A stretch of DNA of 43,349 bases from Nemertoderma westbladi (Eukaryota; Animalia; Xenacoelomorpha): positions 1 through 43,349 of the forward strand of contig JAUCBJ010001230.1 in NCBI GenBank assembly GCA_032718475.1, written 5' to 3'. The translations under genes were made by a program, and so were the position numbers. This document shows, piece by piece, positions 9,559 to 19,663 of this stretch. The notes below the pieces were generated by a model, which was not told the origin of the DNA, did not search any database, and saw only the letters and a program-made list of their open reading frames with translations. The first letter of the stretch is position 1. The number at the start of each line of letters is the position of its first letter.

Positions 9559-11322
9559 TTGGAGAGATAGGCCTATGAGATATTAATTTCAAAAAAAAAT
9601 TACGCGATTCCTAAATTTGTACAATACCCAGTTAAAAAGTACGCATGTGATGGGATTAGTCCTACAATCTGACAATTGCGCCAATAAAAGATAAGCTATT
9701 TTCGGTAAAGAGGTTAAGACCCCTAGATCCCTCCCTTCCTATAATAAATGCATAGCATAGTACTGTAGTAAGCATAGTTTAGTTCCCCATCTCAGTCTGT
9801 CAGTGGGTGTACGATTAAATTAAATTAAAGCATACTACCTAGTATTAGCTTGATTGAACATGCTTAAATATGAAATGAATTACACCGCGCAATTGTAGGC
9901 CTCAGTCATCTATCAGTCTATTTAATGTAAATCTTTAATAAAAAAGTTTTTCTAAAACGTTCCAGATTATAATATGAAACATTTACATTTGTACGTATAT
10001 TACGTACGGTATTACATTTGTATTATATACAATAATATTGTCGCTCCATTCATTTAAATTATGTTTATTCCTTTATTATTACGTCACGTGAACGTGAAGT
10101 AAACAAAATTGCACCCTAACACCATGTATTAGTAATTTTAATGAAATGAAATGTAATATAGGTAGATTTTGAGAGTCAGGATCAGGGAAGGGAAACGGAA
10201 AGGCTAGCTAAGCTAATTAGCAGAGCTAGTAGACTCTAATTGGGAATCTTGGAAACTATTCGTGTGACTTAGCCACACGTCTCTTATCTGCATAGGTGGA
10301 GCGAAGAATCCTGTTAATATAATTCCAGGTTCAGGAAAAGCACAGTATATTGTATTAGCAACGTCGTCAGCCAGTGGAAAGAATTACCCACCATTTGTTG
10401 TGTACTCTGCAAATAATTTGTACCGTGAGTGGGTTGAGAATGGCCCCGAGGGTGCATTGTACCTGTACGGTGTGACGACAAGTGCAGAAATGGTTGGATG
10501 GAAACAACAATCTTTCAGGAATATTTCAAGAAGCTAAGTGAGTGGGTTGGGGATCTTCGGGCATCTTCCCAGACCAATTCTACTGATATTCCATGGCCAG
10601 ATGAGCCATGTATCATTTGATACCGTTGAAATGGCCATTAAGAATTCCATCGTTATTCTGTGCTTACCAGGGCACTGCTTCCATTTATTGCAGCCATTGG
10701 ATGTGGGGGTATTTAAACAAGCGAAGTCTGCTAGGAGGACATTTCTGGTCAATTGGTACAAAGAGTCGCGACTAAAGTCAGTTTCAAAAACTGTCGTTCC
10801 AACACTGCTGAAGAAACTATTCTCGAGTGTTTAAATCAAGCCATATCGTATCAAGCTTTGGTAAAGGTGGCATATTTCCTTATGACCCATCTGCCATTGC
10901 TCATGAGAAGTTGCTGCCAGCTGAGACATTCGAAAGGGACGGAGTTACTTTGCTTGGATCTCTGCCATTGGAAACCCCAACAACTGTTCAGCCATCATCT
11001 GGCTCTGTGGATCAATCTTCTGATTGTCATCATCATGACAATGTATGTTATCTAGTATATACTCCTGTTCATGGAACATTGTCTGTCACCATCAAATATA
11101 CAACCAGCAGCTAATAGTAACACCAGTACTCCTGTTTCTAGAACATTGTCTCCTAACCACCCAACGTACAACCAGTAATACTCCCTGCTAATAGAACATT
11201 GTCACCACCCGATGTCTACATATAACCAGCCGCTAATACTCCTGTTCCAGTAGTTACAATACAATATAATTGAAACTCATATGAAGTCTACCCAGAGAGA
11301 CGTCCGTCAACGAAGACCCCGA

Positions 11323-11896
11323 CTACTACTAGGATCGGCATGCTGCATTGCAGCTGCATTTTTCAAGAATCATGTGCCGGCTTGTCGACAAAATTGCGCC
11401 GCCACAACTCCCTATCATCCATAACATTTGCTAGATCATCCGCATCTTCAAGGCCTCTGTCCTTTAAGATGCGTCTCAAAAAACTCATGCGCTGTCCACC
11501 ATGCTTATTCACTCCATGAGGCTTCCAAAGCACAAGATTATTCACTGACTGGTCCTCACGGCGAAAGCAAATTCCTGCAAAGTGGGGGCGGCTTCGTTCT
11601 AGTGTAAAGCTTGGGGGAACCAATGAGACACTTCCAATGTTATATAGTGTCTGGTTGGAGATGTGTGCATTGTACTTGACACAGACAAGTGATAGTGAAC
11701 CCAGCGTAGCATTCTTGTGAATATGACATCCAGAGATTTGGTGTCATTAGCAGTTAGAGCCCACAGCATGGACTGCCATAGAGGAGTACTGGAACTACTG
11801 CTGCTCTAAATAATCGGACCTTAAGTTTCCAATTAATTCTGTGTGCCTTCCAAATCCTGGAAAGCCTATTCAAGGCTGCCCATTGCCTTTCCCCTT
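11323..11896 (-). mobile_element. 5'-truncated RTE-like LINE
   Basis: ORF 11363-11623 (RPHFAGICFRREDQ..LWKPHG..HGGQRMSFLRRILKD) is near-identical to 25051-25335. (GTA)n tail. Candidate TSD ACCCCGA at 11316-11322 and 11897-11903. Confidence 0.85.
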
Positions 11897-11944
11897 ACCC
11901 CGAAACCCTGTTAAAAGACATCATGGTAGAGAGTGTATAACAAC

Positions 11945-12213
11945 GAGACAGGGGGGAAACTGGACGCAAATCCCACCTTGGCGAATTTATATCCCTCCTC
12001 AATGTTAAATTCTCAATTTAGGGAAAGGAGCAGGTTACAGTGGCACGTTATATTAAGCAAAACAATACAGTGAGCACAATTGAACAGGTTACAGTGTTAT
12101 TTTAGAGAATAATCAGTTGTTATTTGCGTTGAATTTCCCCTGGAGAGGGATTAATTTTTATTGCGTCCAGTTCTCTCCCCCCCCCCCCCCCCCCCCCCCC
12201 CCCCTATCTGTTG
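11945..12213. mobile_element. MITE with imperfect TIRs and 5-bp TSD ACAAC
   Basis: GAGACAGGGGGGAAACTGGACGCAA versus TTGCGTCCAGTTCTCTC(C)nTATCTG. ACAAC at 11940-11944 and 12214-12218. Removing it restores transposase codons E-C-I-T-T-E-E-V-L. Confidence 0.7.
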
Positions 12214-12612
12214 ACAACAGAGGAAGTACTATCACGGCTCGCTGACTGCTGAGGCAAAGAAGGCTAGGCCTAAAGATAATAAACCTAAATCGAAACCTGC
12301 AACTAAGGCCCAAGAAAGCACCCCAACCTAACGACCGACCATCTTCCAGTTCTGAAAAGGCTTCTACTGGTAGTTTGGAAATCATGAGTGATTCTGGAGG
12401 TGAAGATGAAGATGTCAATCATTGTTACAATTGACGAAAGGATTGGCGAAAAGACACAAAACGTAAATTATTATCTCTCGGTCCAGCGTGACCTTTGTGA
12501 CATAAATTGGTCTTTCACCCAGTGCATTGGAGAAGCATTTGATTACGATGACGATTTTTATTGTAACATTTGTTTTGGAATTTAAACCTTGAAAGTTTCC
12601 AGGTTTAAATAT

Positions 12613-12661
12613 ACACTGCAGTTATATAGGTTTCCAGTGGAAACCTATATAACTGCAGTGT
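12613..12661. repeat. Perfect palindrome with 24-bp arms and a 1-nt loop
   Basis: ACACTGCAGTTATATAGGTTTCCA-G-TGGAAACCTATATAACTGCAGTGT. Confidence 0.9.
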
Positions 12662-12946
12662 TTATAAAGTTACAGTGTTTAGGGTATACAGTGCTACATT
12701 GTTTATAAAGTTACAGTGTTTATACAATACATATACAGTGATATATTTACAGTGTTTAAATAGTTATTTGAATAATACTTGATTTATCTATGGGGTTGAA
12801 TTCAGCTCCATAGACTTTTTTTAAAACACGAGATTATGTTCACTTAACCCCTAGATTATCGCACTAAGCACTAAGGGGTAAACTGAACCATAATTTAGTT
12901 CTTAATGCAAATTAGCTATATTCTCTTTACCCCATATATATATATA

Positions 12947-13135
12947 GGGTAATGTCGAAAGTGAACATATGAAAAGGCAAAAAAAATCGCCTGGCGATTT
13001 ATATTTTTGAACTTTAACTACATGGAGGAGGAGAGCATGTATAATGTAAATTTTTTATCTTTAGTTCCGGAATTTTGCACTCTATGTTTCATCACGAAAT
13101 TTCCATTTTGTTGTTCACTTTGCCCCATTTTACCC
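12947..13135. mobile_element. Small TA-flanked MITE (Tc1/mariner/pogo-like)
   Basis: TA|GGGTAATGTCGAAAGTGAACA ... TGTTCACTTTGCCCCATTTTACCC|TA, diverged TIRs. Confidence 0.5.
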
Positions 13136-13387
13136 TACTGCCCTAGAATGCTGGAATGAGAATGTCAAAATCATTTGAGCACCGGCTGACCGGTCAGCCG
13201 GTAGGCGGTAGCGGTACCAATACAATTACGATTGAAATTGATATCGCGGGCTGACTCCTGACGGGACATGTACGCAATAGCAGACAAGTACGGTACTGTA
13301 GTAGTCCTGTAGGCCCCTTTTCCCCTATAAATATAAATTGGCGGGTCACGTACGTGATCAATTTTCAATTTTTCAATTTTCAATCAA

Positions 13388-13540
13388 TTTTTTATTGTTT
13401 ATTTTTTACTATATGCTACTATATTTACGATGATTGTTTTTATTGTTTATTTTTTACTATATGCTACTATATTTACGATGATTGTTTTTATTGTTTGTTT
13501 TTTACTATATGCTACTATATTTACGATGATCGTTTTTATT
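13388..13540. repeat. 48-bp AT-rich minisatellite, 3 copies, continuing in degenerate form after the SINE
   Basis: TTTTTATTGTTTATTTTTTACTATATGCTACTATATTTACGATGATTG repeated three times. Confidence 0.85.
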
Positions 13541-13541
13541 C

Positions 13542-13827
13542 GGGTTCCACCTTGGTGTAGTGGTTGCATTGAATTCACATCTCCTGTAGGTCGTGGGTTC
13601 GATCCTTACATGGGCCAGGGCAGTTTTCGTTTCGGCACGAATGCTTTAAAGGGACCAGCCAGGGCGCATCTCTGCCTTGCATCCTTAAGTGGTAGCTAAA
13701 TGAGTACTAGAGTTTCCTCTGGGGAGTAAAGTTCTGGGGGGACCGCACTGGAAATAAGTCGTCAGACTTTGTGCGTAATCCCTGGCCTAGCGGCCGAAGA
13801 AAATTTACTTTACTTTTACTTTACTTT
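13542..13827 (+). mobile_element. tRNA-derived SINE with a Deu/Nin-like central domain
   Basis: A box TGGTGTAGTGG at 13553-13563 and B box GGTTCGATCC at 13596-13605. GCCTTGCATCCTTAAGTGGTAGCTAAATGAGTAC resembles the Deu/Nin core as I recall it. (TTTAC)n tail. Confidence 0.75.
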
Positions 13828-13954
13828 TATTGTTTGTTTTTTACTATATTTTATGATGTTTTTATTGTTGGTTTTTAATTACTATATTAATTTAGTTGAT
13901 TTTTATTTCATAACTATTGCTATTGCAGTCACGAACTATTAATTACTGTGTACT

Positions 13955-14039
13955 ATGTGTTGTCAGCGCCTTAGAGTACCCGGTACGTATATGATGTAAA
14001 TTTGGCGCTATATAAATAAATATATATTATTATTATTAT
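13955..14039 (+). mobile_element. L2/CR1-type LINE or SINE 3' tail remnant
   Basis: AGCGCCTTAGAG...GGCGCTATATAAATAAA followed by (ATT)n, the typical stem-loop plus microsatellite tail. Confidence 0.5.
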
Positions 14040-14298
14040 CAAGCTACCTACATACGGATTACAGACAGACATACCGGTACTTTAATAGGCTAGGTAGCCT
14101 AAACTGATAAACGTTTGTTTGCAATGATTTATCACACTTCGACTACGACAACAACAGTTACCGGTACGGTACCTATGTGTATATTACTGAATTACTAGTG
14201 GACGAGATACACGGTGCACGTACATCTGTACATACGGTTGTACGCTGTACGGGCACACGGTAAGCTGTTAAACATATTGAACGGAAGTATCGTCGTCA

Positions 14299-16386
14299 AT
14301 GATGGCGAATCATCACGACCGATGGGAGTACGACAGCGGAGCGCGGGACCTCAGTCCGGAACCGCACACCCTGCAGAAACTAATCGAGGCCGCAGTGAAG
14401 TCAATGAACCCGAGCGGAGGAGGTGGGGTCCCTGTAACTGCGGGGCAAAGCTTCCTAGAGCTCGCCAACACACTCCATCTAGCAGCGATGACGTCACTGA
14501 AAGGGGAACTCCGCGAGAAAAGCGACAGATTGGAGCACGTCGTCAAAGACAGAGACTCGTTGGAACGGAAACTCAGTAAATACCAGGCGGATAAGTTGCG
14601 GCATTTACACGATTACAAGGATAGATTGGAGCAACAAAGTCAACGTTACGAAGAAAGAATAACCGAGTTGCACAGCGTGATAGCCGAGTTGCAGAAGAAA
14701 CTGGACTCGTACGAGAGAAACACTTTCCGAGAGGAGGACGAGTTCAACGAGGAACGCGAGAGCGCGAGTAACGAGTCCGTGGACGACAACATTAGCGAGA
14801 GTGCGGACGGGGACCGGAGTTCTAGGAGGGTCGATGATACGGATACCGGATCGGAAACCCACGCACTCCAGGTCCTAAAGGAGTTCGAAGCCGTCAATCT
14901 CAGCGTTACAACCAACAACCTGAACGAGAGAATCGACGAGTTAGAGAGGGAAGTCGACGGGGAGAAGGAGAACAACGAGAAACTGTTGGCGCAGCTGCGT
15001 CATTCGCAGGCGGAATCGCATCGCTTGCGCAACCTCGCGCAGGGGTTGCGCGTCGAAAGAGACCGTCTGATGCGTCGCAACAAGTCGACGAGTTCCGACG
15101 AGGTGGGCCCGTACTCACCGACTCCGCCCGGATCGGAGTCGGATTCTGGAGCGGCGGCGGCGTCCGAGATGGAACTCGAGTTGGACCGACTCCGGACTCG
15201 CTGCGACCATCTCGCCTCCCAGAATGACGTGCTCATGATGACGCTGGACGAGAGCAAGACGCACGCGAACCGGCTCACTATGCTCATCGGTAAGTACGAG
15301 AGCAACAACACCGCGTTGAGACTGGCCATGGAGTACGCGGACCAGGTTATCGAATCGCTCGAGGTTCTACTGCTGTTGGACGAGACGACGGACGACGTGA
15401 TGAACTCCGGGCTGGAGGACGGCGAGTCAACGCGACTTCGCCGGGCCCACGAGAACCGCAAAGCCGCGGAGAACATCGCCAAGTCGCTGCTCCTCTCGCT
15501 GGATCGGTGTTGCGGCGCTGCGAACGCAGCCGCAGCCGCGGCGACAACGATCGCGCAACCGTGGGAGGAGCTGAGCGGGACAACCTCAACGACTTCCTCC
15601 ACGGCGTCCTCCAGCTGCGACTCGGAGTTCTCCAAACTCGACAAAACCCGACTCAAAGAGTACGTCCGCCAACTGAAGCAGGACCGCGCGGCTATACGGC
15701 TCACCATCGTCGAGTTGGAGTCGGTTTACGTCGACTTGGATTCCGCCGAGATCTCACCACGGCACCAGCGGTGGGACTTAGAGAACGCGGTGCTCGGACA
15801 GGAGCTAGCCGCCGTGAAGGAAGACAACGCCGAGTTGCGGAGTCGCTTCTTCCTATTGGAGAAGGAGAAGAAACATCTGGAGACGCGAGTTGGTTCGCAG
15901 TCAGCCCAACAGGCGGCCTACCGCGCACAGATCCTCCATCTAAAGTCCTCGGGTTCCCTTGGCGACGGATCCACCGCGCTCGGAGGGACCCCAGTTATCA
16001 CGCTCGAGGAACTCAAGGCCCCCACCGCGGCCGAGCTCCCGCGGGACCTCGCGGAGGCGGCCCAGCGCGAGCAACACTACAGACTGCGGATCCACGAACT
16101 GGCCGAAGCCTTGGAGCATCTGTCCCGCAACTCCGAGTTGCATCACCAGCAGAGTGCGGACCTCGTCGCCGAGTTGAAGAAAGCGAACGGGGCGTTGGTC
16201 GCCGCCTACGAGAAAGCCAAGAAGAAGCACGGAGGCAGGTTAAAGAAACTCGAGAGTCAGATGAAGATAATGTGCGACCGACACGAGACTACGGTGCGGA
16301 TGCTGAAACAACAGATTCATCTGATGGAGGAAGAGAACTCGCAACTCCATCGCTCCCATCGGAAACACAACGAAACCACACTGTAA
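14299..16386 (+). CDS. MCC: Colorectal mutant cancer protein (MCC) orthologue, coiled-coil protein, 695 aa, uninterrupted ORF
   Basis: MCC-specific blocks YEERITELHSVIAEL; HLASQNDVLMMTLDESK..IGKYESNNTALRLA; QPWEELS..TTSSTASSSCDSEF; DLENAVLGQEL..LLEKEKK; LKKANGALVAAYEKAKKKH. C-terminal class I PDZ-binding motif ETTL (human ETSL). Confidence 0.95.
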   Translation: MMANHHDRWEYDSGARDLSPEPHTLQKLIEAAVKSMNPSGGGGVPVTAGQSFLELANTLHLAAMTSLKGELREKSDRLEHVVKDRDSLERKLSKYQADKLRHLHDYKDRLEQQSQRYEERITELHSVIAELQKKLDSYERNTFREEDEFNEERESASNESVDDNISESADGDRSSRRVDDTDTGSETHALQVLKEFEAVNLSVTTNNLNERIDELEREVDGEKENNEKLLAQLRHSQAESHRLRNLAQGLRVERDRLMRRNKSTSSDEVGPYSPTPPGSESDSGAAAASEMELELDRLRTRCDHLASQNDVLMMTLDESKTHANRLTMLIGKYESNNTALRLAMEYADQVIESLEVLLLLDETTDDVMNSGLEDGESTRLRRAHENRKAAENIAKSLLLSLDRCCGAANAAAAAATTIAQPWEELSGTTSTTSSTASSSCDSEFSKLDKTRLKEYVRQLKQDRAAIRLTIVELESVYVDLDSAEISPRHQRWDLENAVLGQELAAVKEDNAELRSRFFLLEKEKKHLETRVGSQSAQQAAYRAQILHLKSSGSLGDGSTALGGTPVITLEELKAPTAAELPRDLAEAAQREQHYRLRIHELAEALEHLSRNSELHHQQSADLVAELKKANGALVAAYEKAKKKHGGRLKKLESQMKIMCDRHETTVRMLKQQIHLMEEENSQLHRSHRKHNETTL

Positions 16387-17685
16387 GTCCCAAGTTCAGT
16401 CTCAGTTAAGTCTCAATGTTTAGTTTAATTCGTATGATATTGACAATCGCAATGTATTTCCTTTGTATATAATTGAATATGATTGAGCTTTTTTTAGGTG
16501 CTTCCACTTTTTATTTATTCTAGATAGCATTCATTAATATCAATTATGACGATACGTTATATACTTACGGTATTATTATGTACTTAATTTAATATTTATA
16601 AGTCTTTGGTAGTAATTACTGCAATTTTGCACTACAATTTATGTAATAATTGTATTGTAACTCTTTTGGTTATTATTGGATTAGTTGAAGTCTACGTACC
16701 TACTAGTTTTAAATTAGTATTAATTAATGTAATAATTACCGGTATAAGTACTTTTTATGCACATTACGGTTATTTTATCATGGGTTTCTTAAATCGAGAC
16801 AATTCCATTGCTAGTTGATTTTTGTTCGTTGGATTTTTTACTTTGAAGGCAAAATCTGAAATATCCCTTTTTTGTTTAAAAACAAATTCCTTACGTCATC
16901 ATCGGTTTAAATTATCCCAGGTTAAGTAATAGTTGGTTTGGTAAGACCTGACCAAGACAACATACAACTCTTTTAAACATCGTTGATATCTAATACGATT
17001 CGTAGGATTAGTAAAACCTGCCTGGAATGAATTTGCTTTCTTTGAATTTTATTTAATTTTAACTAAATATCAATTTCTTTGGTAAAGCAATGCGGAAAAT
17101 GTGTACAGTAAACTGTACAGTACTGTAACTGTACAGTTCTGTACAGTAAACTGTAGCCTATCCCGGGCGGGGGGGGGGGGGGGGGGGGTGTGTCTGTGGG
17201 CTCTTCGCATCTGTTTTCGAAGACGTTTCGTCTTTATACTATCAGCAGGATCAGTGTGATTCTCAGATAAATCCCTCACTACCTTGGGTAATAATATTCA
17301 GCTCGTGTCATTAAAATCTTAAACTCTTATTGTAAATAATCAATTCCTGTGGCGTGTATAAAGAGATAGTGGTGATGGATTTATATGGCAGCCAACAGAC
17401 ATGTATTGCCTGGGGGTCTGTGGGGGAGAGTTAGTGCATCTATTTACACAATTCGCGTACCTTGTTGCCATCTCGAACCTGAAAATTTGTTTTAATTCTG
17501 TCTGGAACTTTGTACTTTGTGTAATAGGCCGACATAACTACTTAATTTGATATGTTCAGCATCTCAGCTGTTATTAGTCTGGTAATAACGTTAGCCACAT
17601 TAAGATGTATTGTTCCAGGAAACGCCCAGGTGTGGTGTGGCCTCGCTTAGAATGGTTGAAACACAAACAGTAATCGTCATTCATG

Positions 17686-19047
17686 TGCGGCCTTGGTGAA
17701 TGGTTGGGTACGGCCGTGGTGAATGGTTGGGTGCGGCCTTTGTGAATGGTTGGGTGCGGCCTTGGTGAATGGTTGGGTGCGGCCTTGGTGAATGGTTGGG
17801 TACGGCCGTGGTGAATGGTTGGGTGCGGCCTTTGTGAATGGTTGGGTGCGGCCTTGGTGAATGGTTGGGTGCGGCCTTGGTGAATGGTTGGGTGCGGCCT
17901 TGGTGAATGGTTGGGTGCGGCCTTGGTGAATGGTTGGGTACGGCCGTGGTGAATGGTTGGGTGCGGCCTTTGTGAATGGTTGGGTGCGGCCTTGGTGAAT
18001 GGTTGGGTGCGGCCGTGGTGAATGGTTGGGTGCGGCCTTGGTGAATGGTTGGGTGCGGCCTTGGTGAATGATTGGGTGCGGCCTTGGTGAATGGTTGGGT
18101 ACGGCCGTGGTGAATGGTTGGGTGCGGCCTTTGTGAATGGTTGGGTGCGGCCTTGGTGAATGGTTGGGTGCGGCCGTGGTGAATGGTTGGGTGCGGCCTT
18201 GGTGAATGGTTGGGTGCGGCCTTGGTGAATGGTTGGGTGCGGCCTTGGTGAATGGTTGGGTGCGGCCTTTGTGAATGGTTGGGTGCGGCCTTGGTGAATG
18301 GTTGGGTGCGGCCTTGGTGAATGGTTGGTTACGGCCGTGGTGAATGGTTGGGTGCGCCTTTGTGAATGGTTGGGTGCGGCCGTGGTGAATGGATGGGTGC
18401 GGCCGTGGTGAATGGTTGGGTGCGGCCGTGGTGAATGGTTGGGTGCGGCCTTGGTGAATGGTTGAGTACGGCCGTGGTGAATGGTTGGGTACGGCCGTGG
18501 TGAATGGTTGGGTGCGGCCTTGGTGAATGGTTGGGTGCGGCCTTGGTGAATGGTTGAGTACGGCCGTGGTGAATGGTTGGGTACGGCCGTGGTGAATGGT
18601 TTGGTGCGGCCTTTGTGAATGGTTGGGTACGGCCGTGGTGAATGGTTGGGTGCTGCCTTGGTGAATGGTTGAGTACGGCCGTGGTGAATGGTTGGGTACG
18701 GCCGTGGTGAATGGTTGGGTGTGGCCTTTGTGAATGGTTGGGTGCGGCCTTGGTGAATGGTTGGGTGCAGCCTTGGTGAATGGTTGGGTGCGGCCTTGGT
18801 GAATGGTTGGGTGCAGCCTTGGTGAATGGTTGGGTACGGCCGTGGTGAATGGTTGGGTGCGGCCGTGGTGAATGGTTGGGTGTGGCCTTTGTGAATGGTT
18901 GGGTGCGGCCTTGGTGAATGGTTGGGTGCGGCCTTGGTGAATGGTTGGGTGCGGCCTTGGTGAATGGTTGGGTGCGGCCTTGGTGAATGGTTGGGTACGG
19001 CCGTGGTGAATGGTTGGGTGCGGCCTTTGTGAATGGTTGGGTGCGGC
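17686..19047. repeat. 23-bp satellite (GTGCGGCCTTGGTGAATGGTTGG), about 59 copies
   Basis: Uninterrupted tandem array with recurring variants TACGGCCGTGG and GCCTTTG. Confidence 0.95.
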
Positions 19048-19663
19048 TGGTTTGGATGCGGGCAGAATGAAATTGTTGTAAAATACCGCGGTTCACCGCC
19101 GGTTGAAGTTTAAAAAAGTTATCCTCCCAATTCAATAAATATCCAATTGCTAGGATTTTAGACATCATAGTGGTTATGGATGGTGGCCCTACAAACTACA
19201 AATCTAACGAAGCGTTGCTTTGCTATCTAATCCCTTGAATCGTTGGCTGGACTATGTAATGATTGCTTCCCATGTCTCGCAGAATTCCCTGTTGTCCATT
19301 TTAATCCGACTTCTGCAACCCTAGCTGGGGCTAGCCGCGCCATCGCCATAGTGACGTCTTGCAAGTTCTAAGGGCTCAAAGTTCCCTTTTTATATTTTAC
19401 TGATTTTACTCTAATTAATCTCGAAAGTGCCTACTTCCTCAATACATGCTGTTTTGCACACAATAGTTACCCGTTATCTATCCACCATATGGGGGTTTCG
19501 ACGCAATATATATTCAATCATCTCCAGGGGAATTACGCGAGGGGCGTACTGGCCTGTTGTGAATCCGTACAAATGCCCAGTGGCCTGGCCTGTTGAGACC
19601 TGCATTGCACTAACAAAGTACTAGTTGGTAAGATATTAATTTCCGGAATTTCCCCAACTCTAC

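Larger units (their letters stand above)
8730..9750. mobile_element. Retrozyme-like / Penelope-dependent repeat with a ~399-bp unit: an inverted copy (8730-9155, -) followed by ~1.4 tandem copies (9158-9750, +)
   Basis: AATGTGTTGGCAAGCTG recurs at 8730 and 9129 (period 399). The + arm is the circularly permuted reverse complement. Each unit carries a tRNA-like head and a hammerhead. Confidence 0.8.
8340..10280. mobile_element. Non-autonomous TIR element with 8-bp TSD, inserted in the pogo ORF
   Basis: ~32-bp TIR ACGTGTGGCTAAGTYACACGAATAGTTYCCAA; the left copy carries an 8-bp insertion. TSD CTCTTATC at 8332-8339 and 10281-10288. Transposase coding resumes after it. Confidence 0.85.
7865..12585 (+). 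pseudogene. Fragmented pogo-type transposase (HTH-CENP-B, DDE_1, C-terminal PHD-like Cys cluster)
   Basis: Fragments in order: EEEEYL..EEICISFSELGFQL; DWYRNFMARWKSKISWRKPE; ASGKNYPPFVVY..WVENGPEG..NGWME; RPILLIFHGQMSH..LPGHCFHLLQPLDVGVFK; ECITTEEVL; DLCD..C..FYCNIC*. Frameshifted and interrupted by insertions at 8340-10280, 11323-11896 and 11945-12213. Confidence 0.85.

Noticed and set aside
14214-16409. Overlapping alternative-frame and antisense ORFs up to 300 aa within MCC
   Set aside because: Expected shadows of GC-rich coding sequence, with no recognisable motifs.
18329-19168. 279-aa His/Pro-rich ORF
   Set aside because: It is read through the 23-bp satellite, cycling frames, with no domain content.
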